From NCBI RefSeq assembly GCF_009914755.1, contig NC_060926.1: 64,000 nucleotides of DNA; one strand, written 5' to 3'. The stretch comes from the human T2T-CHM13v2.0 reference genome, Homo sapiens. Position numbers and translations under genes: made by a program. The stretch's first letter is position 1; each line of letters opens with the position of its first letter. Under the pieces are notes generated by a model that was given only the letters and a program-made list of their open reading frames with translations, made no database searches and was not told the DNA's origin. Positions 1 to 12,062 of this stretch are shown piece after piece.

Positions 1-245
1 CTGTACCCCCTTTGTTAGAACAGAAGGTGGGGCCACTGGTTTACTTCTAAACGGTTAGACATCTGTCAGGCCATCCTCCTGAAAAATCCCAATGTTACTT
101 TAAAAATTATCTTCACTCCAAACCCCACTACCTTACCTCCCCAAACCATGGCTGAACCTATACATGATTACTTAAAAATTATTAAGCAAGTTGTATATTT
201 CTCCTTCAGATCCTCCTTACCTGAAAATGCAGGGTGGTTTTTACC
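1..245 (+). mobile_element. ERV1-class (gammaretrovirus-like) pol remnant, RT connection region
   Basis: Frame 1 from nt 31 reads GHWFTSKRLDICQAILLKNPNVTLKIIFTPNPTTLPPQTMAEPIHDYLKIIKQV, resembling the ERV1 pol motif W.T..RL..YQA.LL..P.V.L....LNPATLLP....HDC...I.QV. There is an in-frame stop at 16-18, and the element is cut by the window edge. Confidence 0.7.
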
Positions 246-262
246 AACACTGTGGGGCACCC

Positions 263-278
263 CTGCCATCTAGTGGTA
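263..278 (-). promoter_or_regulatory. Candidate CTCF motif
   Basis: CTGCCATCTAGTGGTA; the reverse strand CCACTAGATGGCAG is a good match to the CTCF core. Motif match only. Confidence 0.45.
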
Positions 279-1159
279 ACACTAAAAATGACAATCATAC
301 TTTTCTAACCGGAATTCGGCACATGTGTTTGATATTCAGTCTTAGGAAAAGATTCAATTTTCATTTAGTAGTGATAAGTAATTAAGTCAATTTCATGAAA
401 GCCACTTGACCTGTGGCAAGTTTGTTTCAAATTTTTCCCCAACCCAACCAACACCATTCAAGATTATTGACATTTTTCACTCTCTTAGGTTCATAGACTC
501 ACTTTCTGGTATCATTGCCAGAAAGAACATTAGGCACTCATGGAATTTTCCCTCCTCATTTTATAGAAAAGGAAATCTGTCTTTGGACTGAGGCCACTTT
601 TTTTCATCAACAATACCGTTCTACTTTCTAGAAATGTCCTACCAAGAGGCTCTGAAGCTAGCATCCAGATCTACATTAAGAGACAAGTCAAACCAAGCAA
701 CATTTGAGATCAGAATCTTCGAAAGTCATCTTTGGCATGGTTTAATAGTGCAATGCCATTAAACTTCCCCATATAACTGGTAAAGTGTAAACTGAGTCCA
801 CTCCTGCCATAAGAAACTCCTTGCTTTAAGATTTCAAATACCGCTCACCAGATCCATCCTGTATCTGTGGGTGTTCTTACAAGCTGCATTACAGATTGAC
901 AGGCCATGCCTGACACCAGTCAGCCATCAGTCATCTGAAGTTGGACATCACAGTCAGTTGAAGTTCTGAATTAACAACTGTTGAATCTGAGTGATGGGTA
1001 CATGCAGGTTCATTGCTCTACTCAACCTACTTTTGTGTATATATCAAACTCTCTCTAGTAAAAATTTTAAAAGAAAAAAAGAGGGGGCCTTTGCCACCAA
1101 GAAAAGGAAAAAGATGAATTTCCCCCAGCCCCAACAATCAATACTAATCAGAGGTACTG

Positions 1160-1655
1160 ATTGTTTCAAACTCAGGCTACACATTAACATCTTTTAAAAT
1201 ATATCAATCAGAGGTGCAGTAGCTCATACCTGTAATCCCAATACTTTGGGAGGCCAAGGAGAGAGGATCTCTTGAGGTCAGGAGTTTGAGACTAGCCTAA
1301 ACAACATAGCGAGACCCTGTCTCTGCAGAAAATTAAAAAGTTAGCTGGATGTGGTGGCTCCCACCTGTAGTCCCAGCTACTCAGGAGGCTGAGGCAGGAG
1401 GATCCTGGAGCCCAGGTGTTTGAGGCTGCAGTGAGCTGTGATTGCACCACTGCACTCCAGCCTGGGCAACACAGTGAGATTCTGTTTCAAAAAATAAGTA
1501 AATAAATAAAATTTAAAAATTGTAACCATCAATCCCAATCATAGGCCCTGCTCTAGACTGATCAAATCTGAATTTGTAGGAATTGAGCCCAAACACAGGA
1601 TTTTTAAAGGTCTCTAAGGGATTCTAATATGGAGCCATGGTTGACAACCACAGAT
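1160..1655. mobile_element. MER5-like hAT-Charlie MITE split by an Alu
   Basis: MER5-type ends (GTTTCAAACT... and ...GATTCTAATATGGAGCCATGGTTGACAACCAC) lie on either side of the Alu. Confidence 0.5.
1208..1520 (+). mobile_element. Alu SINE (AluJ-like)
   Basis: Dimeric Alu with A-rich linker, GAGGATC..GAGCCCAGG right arm and A-rich tail. Confidence 0.93.
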
Positions 1656-3305
1656 AAATATAATCTTAACTCCTTGTTGCTTTTCATGCCCTGTTTGGAT
1701 GTTTTAACAGTTAGAAATGTGGCAAGAAACAGAACTCACCCTGTATGGGACTAACCATAGAAATGTAGACAGGATAAAAGAATGAACAGGCACCCAACAG
1801 GAAGCCATTAATTTCCCTAGAGATGAAGGGCTCAGCGATAGTAGCATTACCAGAGTGTAGTGAGGGCAGAAGTTGTGAAAAAACCCTAGTCCTGGATGTG
1901 ACAAGGGGCCAAAGCAGAGAGGCAGCAGTGACAAGTGCCCTGACCTCCCTCTCCTCCACCACCCAGGCTGCCAGGGAAGCCTGGAGTGACACACTCTCTG
2001 GGAGTAGACCCTCCAGGACAGCACAGAGCAGGGTAGAAACTGGCCGAGTGTACACAAGGGGCGGTGTCACACAGTATGCAAGGGGCAGTGTCCCACAGGC
2101 TTAACAAAGAGTTGGTGCAAGTGTCAACAATTCCAACCATTTCCTGCTGCCCGCCTGGCCTGGCCTAATGCCTACCTTCGCCACCTCCTCCTTGCCCGCT
2201 GGTGATTGGAGAAACCACTGAGTCACTTGCTAGGACCCACCAATGAGGAAGCACTCAGAGGCTGATCTCAGAGATGGCCTTTCCGTTCTGCAGAAACTAT
2301 GCATCAATCACAATGAATTTAAGTCAGCAGTCTAGAGGAAATGTAGAATCACATGTCATTTCACCAGCAGAGGATCAGCCTCTGATTTCCCTTTTCTGGA
2401 CATTCTTTTAAAAAATAAATAAATAAATAAATAACAGGTTGGGCAGTATTGTTTTCAAAGCATGTATCTATAAATGCTGTATGAAATCTCATTATTTGAT
2501 CTGGAACAGTCGAGGGACATCATCTAGCCTATCCCACTCATTTTACAATAAACATACTAAGACCAGAGAGATGGAGTGACTTGCCTACAGTAACCCATCT
2601 GCTGAGGAGCACAGTCCAAATGTTCTGACTCCCAGCCCAGAGCTTTCCTCCCTGTACCATGCTGCTCCTTAAGGTGTTGCCTTCTCCACTGGTCAAAATT
2701 GGACCATTATACCCTAGAGCAGCAAGAGAATGTGAGTGCCTGCAACTTACATTTACCCTTCATCTCTAGATGTGACTTCCCAGATTATTTCATAGCAATT
2801 ACTTGGTCTGTCTCAGATGACAGAGTTTTTAAAGCTGAGAAAGGAAATAAGTGCCAGAAAGCTTCCGCTGGCTCGCCTGAGAGACACCGGATCCAGAAGG
2901 CAGGTGCTGAGTGGGCCACCTAAAGCAGCACTAAGTTGTCCCAGGCAGTCGTGCATGGGAAGGAAGCAGGCTTCATTAGCTTCCTGATAAAAATCCAGCT
3001 CACCCCCGAAATCATTGCTTCTGGAATTCACTCAGCCTGCAGGCCCGGGAGCTGCATCCCAGCAGCTGGCCTGACTACTGCAGAAACTGGCAAAGTCGGC
3101 TATAGTCTTCTCTGCCTCTATCCCTTCCCTCACCCCTGCATACCCCTGATAGGACCCCTGTGGCAGGATGAAGGCTTATACAAGGGCCTGTTCCCCCTTG
3201 AATTGGGAGCCTCTGTCTTCAGTTGGGCACAGGTGGTGGGAGACACAGAAGTGGCAGATCCCATGGCCCAGAGATGCTTTCCCCAGCTCGGGTGAAAGGC
3301 AGGCA

Positions 3306-3324
3306 GGGGCGGGCCAATGACTCA
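3306..3324 (+). promoter_or_regulatory. Abutting GC box, CCAAT box and AP-1 motifs
   Basis: GGGGCGGG (3306-3313), CCAAT (3314-3318) and TGACTCA (3318-3324) lie in GC-elevated unique sequence. Confidence 0.4.
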
Positions 3325-4659
3325 GGGCAGCTCTTCTAAAATAAGATGGGCTGGGACACTTGAGTGGGATGTCCAACCACAGATGAGAGGGAAGACCAGA
3401 GATGCCACTGAGTTCCTTGCAGCTCAAGACAGCCATATCCTAGAGAAGGCCACCAAAGACAGCTCCCTGCAGCCCACATCACTGAATTGTCTACCACAAT
3501 CCTGTCAGCTCCCTTCTAAGCACATCACAATTTGGAATTATGAATTCAGTTGTTTGTGTACTTATTTATTATCTGTCTCCCTCAGCTGACTTCTTTCCAG
3601 GAGGTCAAGGATTGCTGTGCCTGGTGCCCAGGACAGGACCTTATACTTAGTAAGCACTCAAATAAAGATCTGTTGGAATTGTTAAATAAATGGTTGGCTC
3701 TATAAAACATCCTTATGCCTAAAGAGGAGCAAACACTTGCAGAGGCAAACAAACTCTTGCATTTGTAAGATGTACAGATTGTAGTACATTCTTATACCTC
3801 CACCTCTTGCCTAACTGGGATCCCACTCTGCCCTATAAGATAATAACAACAGTTAACATCTGTATAGAGCCTTACTGATCTGAAAGCCCTTCCATAGCCA
3901 TTATTTCATACTCATAAATACTCTCCTAGTTTTTTTAACTATTACTTCTTTTAAAAATGGAGAAATCATTGCTTATATAAGGTAAATGACTTACCCAAAA
4001 TAACTGCATTAGTAAGTAAGAAACGCTTATTCTACTTCCAAATCCAGTGCTCTTCCTGCTACCCCTATCATAATCCTAGTTCTGAACATACACCCAGGAA
4101 TGTATTATTGTTCCGTTTTTGCAGAAGCTAAATAGGGGCTTTGAGAAAATACTTTGCTAGTCACAGTGGCCTAGAGCAAGAACCAACACTCCTCCTTAGA
4201 TCAAAGGATTCGAAAGGAGAAAAAAGGAAATTGAAGACTAAAGAGGCACGTCATCTTCCTCCTGGTAGAGAAAGAGGAGAAAAGCAAAGGAGAGAAAAGA
4301 AAGAGAGAGAGGAAAAGGGAGGGTTTCTGGCCTTGTAATTAAACAATAACTCAAATGGCAACCAATCCTCCATGTTGCCCCAGATAAAGAAGGTGTGCGC
4401 TGGTCACTGGGAAATGGCAGTGCCCTCCACTGGGAACCCACTTTTGCTGCTACTATGCTTCTTTGTACTCGCAGAACCTTTTTCTTCTGAAGGGCAAAGT
4501 GCTTGACGTATAATAAAACTATTGTTGTCATTAATAATGCCAACACTCTGATTTGCATAGTTACATTCTTCCTAAGAGTTTAAAGTCTTCCTCACATATC
4601 GTCTAATACTCCCTTAGAATTCACATAAGCAAAACACTCCCAAGGTGCTCTGTAAATAC

Positions 4660-5198
4660 ATAAAGACACATGCACATGTATGTTTATTGTGGCACTATTC
4701 ACAGTAGCAAAGACTTGGAACTAACCCAAATGTCCAACAATGATAGACTGGATTAAGAAAATGTGGCACATATACACCATGGAATACTATGCAACCATAA
4801 AAAATGATGAGTTCATGTTCTTTGTAGGGACATGGATGAAGCCATCCATAGGAAACCATCAAATAGGAAACCATCCATAGGAAGCCATCCAATAGGAAAC
4901 CATCATTCTCAGCAAACTATCGCAAGGACAAAAAACCAAACACCGCATGTTCTCACTCACAGGTGGGAATTGAACAATGAGAACACATGGACACAGGAAG
5001 GGGAACATCACACACTGGGGACTGTTGTGGGGTTGGGGGAGGGGGGAGGGATAGCATCAGGAGATATACCTAATGCTAAATGACGAGTTAATGGGTGCAG
5101 CACACCAGCATGGCACATGTATACATATGTAACAAACCTGCATGTTGTGCACATGTACCCTAAAACTTAAAGTATGATAATAAAATTTAAAAAAAAAA
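4660..5198 (+). mobile_element. 5'-truncated young L1PA 3' end
   Basis: End of ORF2 plus 3'UTR (GTGGGAATTGAACAATGAGAACAC, G-rich tract, CACATGTACCCTAAAACTTAAAGTA) and poly(A). Confidence 0.95.
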
Positions 5199-8119
5199 CA
5201 TATTTCTGCCTTATCTGTACCCTCTTCGCACATTTCCATTTTGATTATCTGTCTTTGAAACACCAGTTTTCCAAACAGAAATCTAAAAAAGCAACTGTAA
5301 ACCTCCCATCTCTGGCAAAATTCTTGCTTCCTTTTCATGCCTTTGTTACAAGTGTCATCTTCTCTCCCCAGGGCTTCAAAAGTGGCACAGGACTCACTCT
5401 ACCCCACCCCACCCTCTCTTTGCTATCCTTTCCCTTTCTGATGTAAGTAAAGGGTGGAAACAATGGTTGACATACATCAAGTACCTGCTCTACCCTGACA
5501 CTGTGCTCATTGCTTTACCTACATTGTCTTATTTATTCCTTGTGGTAGAGACTTCTAGTTGTCTCCCACTATCCACAGTAATCGAAATTTTAGCTGGGCA
5601 TACAGCCATCCAGAGTAAAAACTATATTTCTCAGCCTGCCTCACAGCTAGGTGTGGCCCGTAAGTAAAAGTATCCTGTGGAAGTTTCCAGGAAAACAATG
5701 CCATCCTTAAGCATGTTTTTCCTCTCTCCTGCTTTCACAGAGATTCTCACAAATCTTTATAGTTAAAGAATCTAAAGCATAATCCATTGATAACCTCCAC
5801 TTTGATTTTTTTCCAGTGATGGTTCAAGGATTACTCACTATTCCTTGATTTCTCTATCTCACCCTTTATACATTGATGGTCTTTGTTCTCTCCTTCTTAG
5901 GTAAGCCAATCTTAAAGGAAAGAAGTTTACCAATTTCAAACAGGCTAGAATAATTTTCCTCTTGCCCTCTTCTTTCTGGACACTGCAGATCCTCCCCTTC
6001 TCTCTCCTTTTTCTAAGTCATATATAACACCACTATTCACCAGGACCCTTCAGCCTTCTGGAAGAGACAGCCAGGATAGAATCCCTGTGAGTCCTCCCAC
6101 ATCTGCATCTGCTGACACCACCCACACATCCCCTCTCCTCGGTTCCATTTCTTCTCAGAACTTACCTCCTGGCCTACATTATTTTAACTACTTCACACGT
6201 CCTCTTCTCTCATGACTGCTATAGCAATATTGGCTTCTTCCATAACCCTCATCAGATTAAGACAAATATTTATTATTATTACCGTCTTACCAATGGGAAA
6301 ATGGAAGAAGAAAGATATGTGGGGATTTGCCCAAGGTTACACAAAAGGTGGCAGGTGACACCATATTTTTGGATTCCACTCCAGGATCCTACATCTTCCC
6401 CTGCATTCCTTTTTTCTCACAAACAGCCTCCTAGGTTACCCAAAGGCCATCCAAAAGGTAGAAACTCTGACTTTCACTTATGCACACATATATAGTGACT
6501 TATCCATGGTCCCTCCCCAAGTTTGCACTAAAATGGTGGTCTTCACTATACCAGCCCTATGCTCTATTGCAGCCTGATAGCAGAGAGCCAAGTCTATTTA
6601 TATAGACTGCAGCTTACGGAATTCCAGGTGTGAGGAGGAGATGGATACAGTTTTAAACAGTGGGTCCCTCAATACTAGAGAAGATGCACCCATGAAAATT
6701 CATGAGAACTCATGTGCTGGAGAAAAAAGAGCCTTGGCCTGAGCTTTACCAGTCACCAAATCAGCAGAAGACAAAGAGCTCAGAACATGATACTAAATCA
6801 TCTGTGTGGCCTTGAACAAGGCCCTTCCCTTCTCTGGAGAGTGCTTTCAACCTCAACATCACAATCCACTCAAACCAAGCACTCAGGCACTCAAGGGATG
6901 CTGAGTATCATTCAGAAGCTGCAACAGCAGCAAGAAGGCATCCTTTAGACATGGAGGCGGAGACTCAGGGGCTACGTTATTTCATTTTACTCAACCTAGA
7001 TTTGTGAAGTAACAAGAAGTGGATGGAGACAGAGAAGTTGCTACTTCATAAGGCCAAGTGTCTTAAATGTCTTTGAACCCCTGGTTTTTGTCACCCACAA
7101 TAGGTCCTAAATATTTGATAATCAAAAGAAGAAAATCAGTAAAATGGGAATGGGGCCAGGAAGAATTTGACCAGATATCCCATATTAGGTAAGATGGCTC
7201 CAGATTCAATCTTGATATTTGTGGCTACAACATCAGTTCCAGACACTCGAAAGGCTGAAACTGGAGAACAGCAGATTTTCTTTATTTCACATGGTTTCAC
7301 ACATTGCATTTTAAGTGCATTTTCATGCATTATCCTATTTATTGTTATACCAAAAAGTAACCAACAAAGAAGGTCACAAAAATCACTGTTGTACTATGAA
7401 AGACCTGATGCTCAGAAATATTCAAGTAGCAGATTCCACATATTCTGACCCCAAACCTGTGCTTGTGCCAGGATCAGATACACAAGAAATTGGACACTGT
7501 AGGGCAGTCACCTATAGAGGGATTGAACTACCCAACATCACATAGTGAAGAGGTGCATAACACACCATTGATTTCCATTTTTTGGACAGTGATGCTAGAC
7601 GTATAACCCTCCCTATTGGCCCCCTGGATGGCCCAACGCAGCCCAGCAATGCAGTTGAAAATGGGACACGCAAATGAGTGTGTCTAAGAGCTGGCCAAGA
7701 GTGGTGACGATACGAAGTCAATAGGTAGTTATATTCCCAACTTGTTAAGGCAGGGGAGAAGAAAGAGCTGAAAACTAACATTTCTTGAGTAGCTACTAGG
7801 TGCCCGGTTCTGAGAACATACTTTATATACATTATGTCTTAAATACCCACAACAATGCTCCATAGTCAATAGCATTAATCTATTTAACAGATAAGGAAAC
7901 AGAAGCTCAGGGAGGTGACCTCACTTTTCTGAAGAAGACAGCAAAGCCATTGGTGAAATTCATGTCCATAGGGCTCCCAAACCCATCCTCTTTGAACTCT
8001 TTACTCTGCCAAATTGTAAGAGTATTACCAAAGTTGTTACAAGGTTATTGCCAAAGTACTAGGTCCATCACAGAGATAGAGAAATAGCATAAAATGGAGT
8101 TATTTTTGTAGGGAACTCT

Positions 8120-8722
8120 GTCAGTTGTCTACCTGGCCTCCATTCCCTTCTTCCTCTTTCCTAAAGGAGTCCCAATTTTGTTCAACTATCAATCATTTTC
8201 TCATGTAGCACATGTGACTCAGGGAAGCTTACTCCATTTCCAACTCTGAGTTTGATTCTGATTAGTCTAAACAAATCAACGACTGCATTTTCCTGGTGAT
8301 TCTTACTGATCAGAGTGAGCATATGACCAAAATTGACCCAATAAGATTAAATGGAAGAAATTACATTTGTATTTGAGGAATAATTTCTCCCTTCCTCTTC
8401 CCTCTCTCTTCCCTCATGTCTCTATCTTCCTCTTCCTCTCTGGTTCTCCTAATGGATTAAATCAAGGGCACAAGTTTTCCCAATCTCTTTTGGCACCTAT
8501 CTGTGACTAGAAGAATTAGAAGGTGAAATCATGTACGGATGATATGACACAGATGTGGAGATAATCTGGCTTCTTGCTATTTCTGATCCACTGAGCCAAT
8601 CAACTCTAAAGTTTGCCCTATTTATGGACTTGCTGCTCTATAAGATGATAAATGTCCTACTTGCTTAAGCCAGTTTGGATAATAATTTATGTTACTTGCA
8701 GCCAAAATCCTTCTAACTGATA
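8120..8722 (+). mobile_element. Old MaLR LTR (MLT1-like)
   Basis: MLT1-type 3' end TTAAGCCAGTTTG...GTTACTTGCAGCCAAA...CTAACTGATA. Confidence 0.55.
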
Positions 8723-8832
8723 GCTCGTTTTACATCTTATATCTTTACAAAAAAACATGATTCAAGTTGGATGGGGGTGGCTAATGAGGAAATGAGAGTT
8801 TGACTCACTAATACTTGCCCTATAATTGAGTA

Positions 8833-9190
8833 CAGATGCTTCTCAATTTACAATCGAGTTATGTGCCAATAAACCCATTGTAAGGTGAAAATATTCTAAG
8901 TCAAAAATGAATTTAATACACCTGAACACTAAACATTATAGCTTAGCCTAGCCTAACTTAAACATGCTCAAATTTGGGCTCAAGTTGGGCAAAATCATCT
9001 AACGTGAAGACTATTTTATAGTTAAGTATTGAATATTTCATGTAATTTACTGAATACTGTACTGAAAATGAAAAAGGAGAATGGCTGTAATGGTACTTAA
9101 AGTATGGTTTCTACTGTATGTGTATTGCTTTTGCACCATCATAAAGTCGAAAAATTGGAAGTGAAACCATCCTAAGTCAGGGACTGTCTG
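8833..9190 (+). mobile_element. TcMar-Tigger non-autonomous element (MER47A-like)
   Basis: CAGATGCTTCTCAATTTAC...TAAGTCAGGGACTGTCTG terminal inverted repeats, TA on both sides (8831-8832, 9191-9192), 358 bp long. Confidence 0.85.
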
Positions 9191-10114
9191 TACTTTAAAG
9201 TTGTACTCCAACCACTGCTGCAGCACCATGGACAGCATCTCTCTGACCTCTTGCTTTCTGTCCTGATGTCTTCCTAGTAATTTTGGATTTGACACACACA
9301 CAAAAGCCAAGACTCATGCCTTATAGTCATGGGGGCTATGAGTGGTTCAATTAAGCAATTGGAGGCTGAGATGAAGCCCATGGTGAGTTTGGAAAATCCT
9401 CCCACTTCATGGTTGTGTAAGACAGTGGTTTGGCTCAGCAGAAAAGAAGCTTCTGAGTGAGTGTATAAGAGGAGTAAGACCACACCCCCCCTCCATGGTG
9501 TGGGTTAGTGTGCATGGGGATTTTTTGTTATCTGCTTTGTAGGTTCAGGAATGCTTTTGAATAAGTAAAAGAGCGAGAAAAGAATAATGGAAGAAAAAGC
9601 CTTCCGGTATAGGAAGAGTGCAACTGAGTGTGTCTAAGAACTGGCCAAGAGTGCTGAAGGGAGCCCAGAAGCTAAAGGACTTTGTGACTCTGAGCATTTT
9701 TAATAACCTGAAGGCTTTGGAATCTCCCAGAAGAGAAAAACTATCCCCACGAAAGCAACAGAGAGGCAAGGTCTGGGAGTGGGCCAGCGTTTTACGGACA
9801 CTTCCAACAACAGTGGCCGTATAGAGGCACTTCTTTAGGCAGTTTGTAGACTGCAAGCCACGGCCAGGAAGTTAAAGAGGAAGGAAAGGAAAAAGAAAAC
9901 AGAGAGAGACAAGCCCTCCTTTATGGATACGAATGAGTCACTCTCTGGAGACTCCTACAAAAATCTGAGAGAATTTCAGGACACTAAGTGCTTACCATTG
10001 TAAGATGGGAGAGGAGACCCAGGGCTATCGATTTTTAGGTATTGATGGCTGTGTGGTCATATTTGAGTTCACATGCTGCCAAATCCCAAGACATCTGGAT
10101 CGCAATAGTATTCC

Positions 10115-10228
10115 TAGGGTGACCAACTCATCCCAGTTTTCCTGGAACTTTCCTGATTTTAGCAATAAAAGCCCCATGTCCTGGAAAGCCCCTCAGTCCC
10201 AGGCAAGCTAAAATGATTGGCCACCCAC
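10115..10228. mobile_element. hAT-Blackjack MITE (MER81/MER94-like)
   Basis: TAGGGTGACCAA...TTGGCCACCC inverted ends, about 114 bp. Confidence 0.75.
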
Positions 10229-11128
10229 TGAGCATCCCCCTACCCACCCAACCCTTAGACTCAATACGCCCCACATTGGTCGTTCTCTTAGTCTACTTGA
10301 AAGTGGTTCAACAAGATCCAACAAAAAATAAAAACTAATGATTCTCACTGCCCTGAGCCTCACTTGAGCTCCTAAAGTTATGTTGTTAGTGTTAGAAATC
10401 AAAGTACATTCTCAGAGGAAGAGACCTGGACCCAGAGAAGTGAGAGAAGGAATGGATATCAAGGAGAGGCAAAAATCCTCCGTAAACTAAGTCAACCCTT
10501 GCTTACCTTGGGAAGCTGCCAAACAACTACTGAGCAAAAAAAAAGGCAAGTTCAAATGTCTCTTAAAAAGAAATGAGCCAAGGAACAATTAAAGCCCTTG
10601 AATGAGCAATCAGCCCGACTGGCAACGATGTGTAAATCCTTCCTTGATCAAAGCAGTTAATTGAAATTATCAGGCTTTGGAGGCAAATTACTTTTTTTGA
10701 ATTAGTGAAAGTGTCATTAGAGTGATGAAGAGCTACAAGAAAAATGTTGGTAAAGCACTTATTCAGAAAGAAGAGGTCTAAATTTTTTATTCAAAACCAC
10801 AGTAATTAAATCAACAATATATTTAGTCAACATGGGTATCCTTGAACTATTATGTTGAATATTACAGTCTGTTCCAAGTTATCCTGGAGCAGACAGGTTA
10901 TACACCAAACCCAGCCAAGGAATCTAAAAGTTTATGTGAACCAAATAGTTTGCTATGGTCACCCAAATTCAGTCCTTGGAATGAGCACTAGGTAACATCA
11001 AATTTGGTCTATTTACACACTGACTCTGATTTAAAAGCATCCTTTCTTCCATGTTCATTGTAGAATATATGTTCAGTAAGACTTGGTTATTTTAACTGCT
11101 CTGTTTTGGATATTCCTATAATTTAGAC

Positions 11129-11345
11129 CACTGGTTGTCAAACAGAAGCAAATTTGCCTTCCAGGGGATATGTAGCAATGCCTGCAGACATTTTTTTTTT
11201 GTCATACCTGGAGCGGGGGATGCTATTGGCATCTAGCACTTAGAGACCAAGGATACTACTAAATATCCTGCAATGTGCAGAATAGCTCCCCACAATAAAG
11301 AATTGCCCGAACTAAAATGTCGATAGTGCCACTGTTAAGAAACTG
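11129..11345. mobile_element. MER20 hAT-Charlie MITE
   Basis: MER20-like body (GGATGCTATTGGCATCTAG...AAATATCCTGCAATGTGCAG) and a perfect 8-bp TSD ATTTAGAC at 11121-11128 and 11346-11353. Confidence 0.88.
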
Positions 11346-11602
11346 ATTTAGACATACGCTAATTTGAAGTTCAAATTTGAAAAGCTTTCTTGACAAATAA
11401 ATGGCACTAGCATAGTAAACAAAAATGTTATTTTAATTGATTAATCAGATAACAGTATTTGAGAAACGTTCTGGCCTGCTAACTTTGAGTGTAACAATGA
11501 CAATATATTTTTTCTATTCCTTAAAGCCAATCTGTCAGGATTTTTAATTGGCTATTTGTCATTATTATGTCTTCAAAGTATTTACATTATGTATTCATTC
11601 CA

Positions 11603-11867
11603 TTTCTTTTTTTTTTTTTTTTTTTGAGACAGAATCTCGCTCTGTTGCCCAGGCTGGAGTGCAGTGGTGTGATCTCAGCTCACTGAAACTTCTACCTCCC
11701 GGGCTCAGGTGATCCTGCCATCTCAGCCTCCCCAGAAGCTGGAACCACAGGCACACACCACCAAACTTGGCTACTTTTTTGTGTGTTTTTTGTAGAGACA
11801 GGGTTTTGCTGTGTTGCCCAAGCTGGTCTCAAACTCCTGGGCTCAAGCAATCTACCCAACTTGGCCT
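11603..11867 (-). mobile_element. Alu SINE (AluJ-like), 5'-truncated
   Basis: Poly(T) followed by GAGACAGAATCTCGCTCTGTTGCCCAGGCTGG...CTCCTGGGCTCAAGCAATC. Confidence 0.93.
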
Positions 11868-12018
11868 AATTTTTTCATAAACATCTTTAGCTGTTAACTG
11901 GATTTCCCCATGCCATTGAGCCAATTACTCAATTAGTGAGGTTATTTCTTACTGTAATATATTTACATTAAACTCCAAGTAGAAAAAGAAATAAAGATAT
12001 ATGATGCAGTTATCCTAA

Positions 12019-12062
12019 GTGCTCGCTTCAGCAGCACATATACTAAAATTGGAGTAATACAG
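12019..12062 (+). pseudogene. RNU6: 3'-truncated U6 snRNA retropseudogene (first ~44 nt)
   Basis: GTGCTCGCTTCAGCAGCACATATACTAAAATTGGA matches the U6 5' end. It is flanked by the direct repeat CAGTTATCCTAA (12007-12018, 12060-12071) and has no poly(A). Confidence 0.92.

Noticed and set aside
4838-4904. Short repeated units as a CRISPR-like array
   Set aside because: There are no unique spacers, the units are 14-15 bp, the context is a eukaryotic L1 and there are no cas genes.
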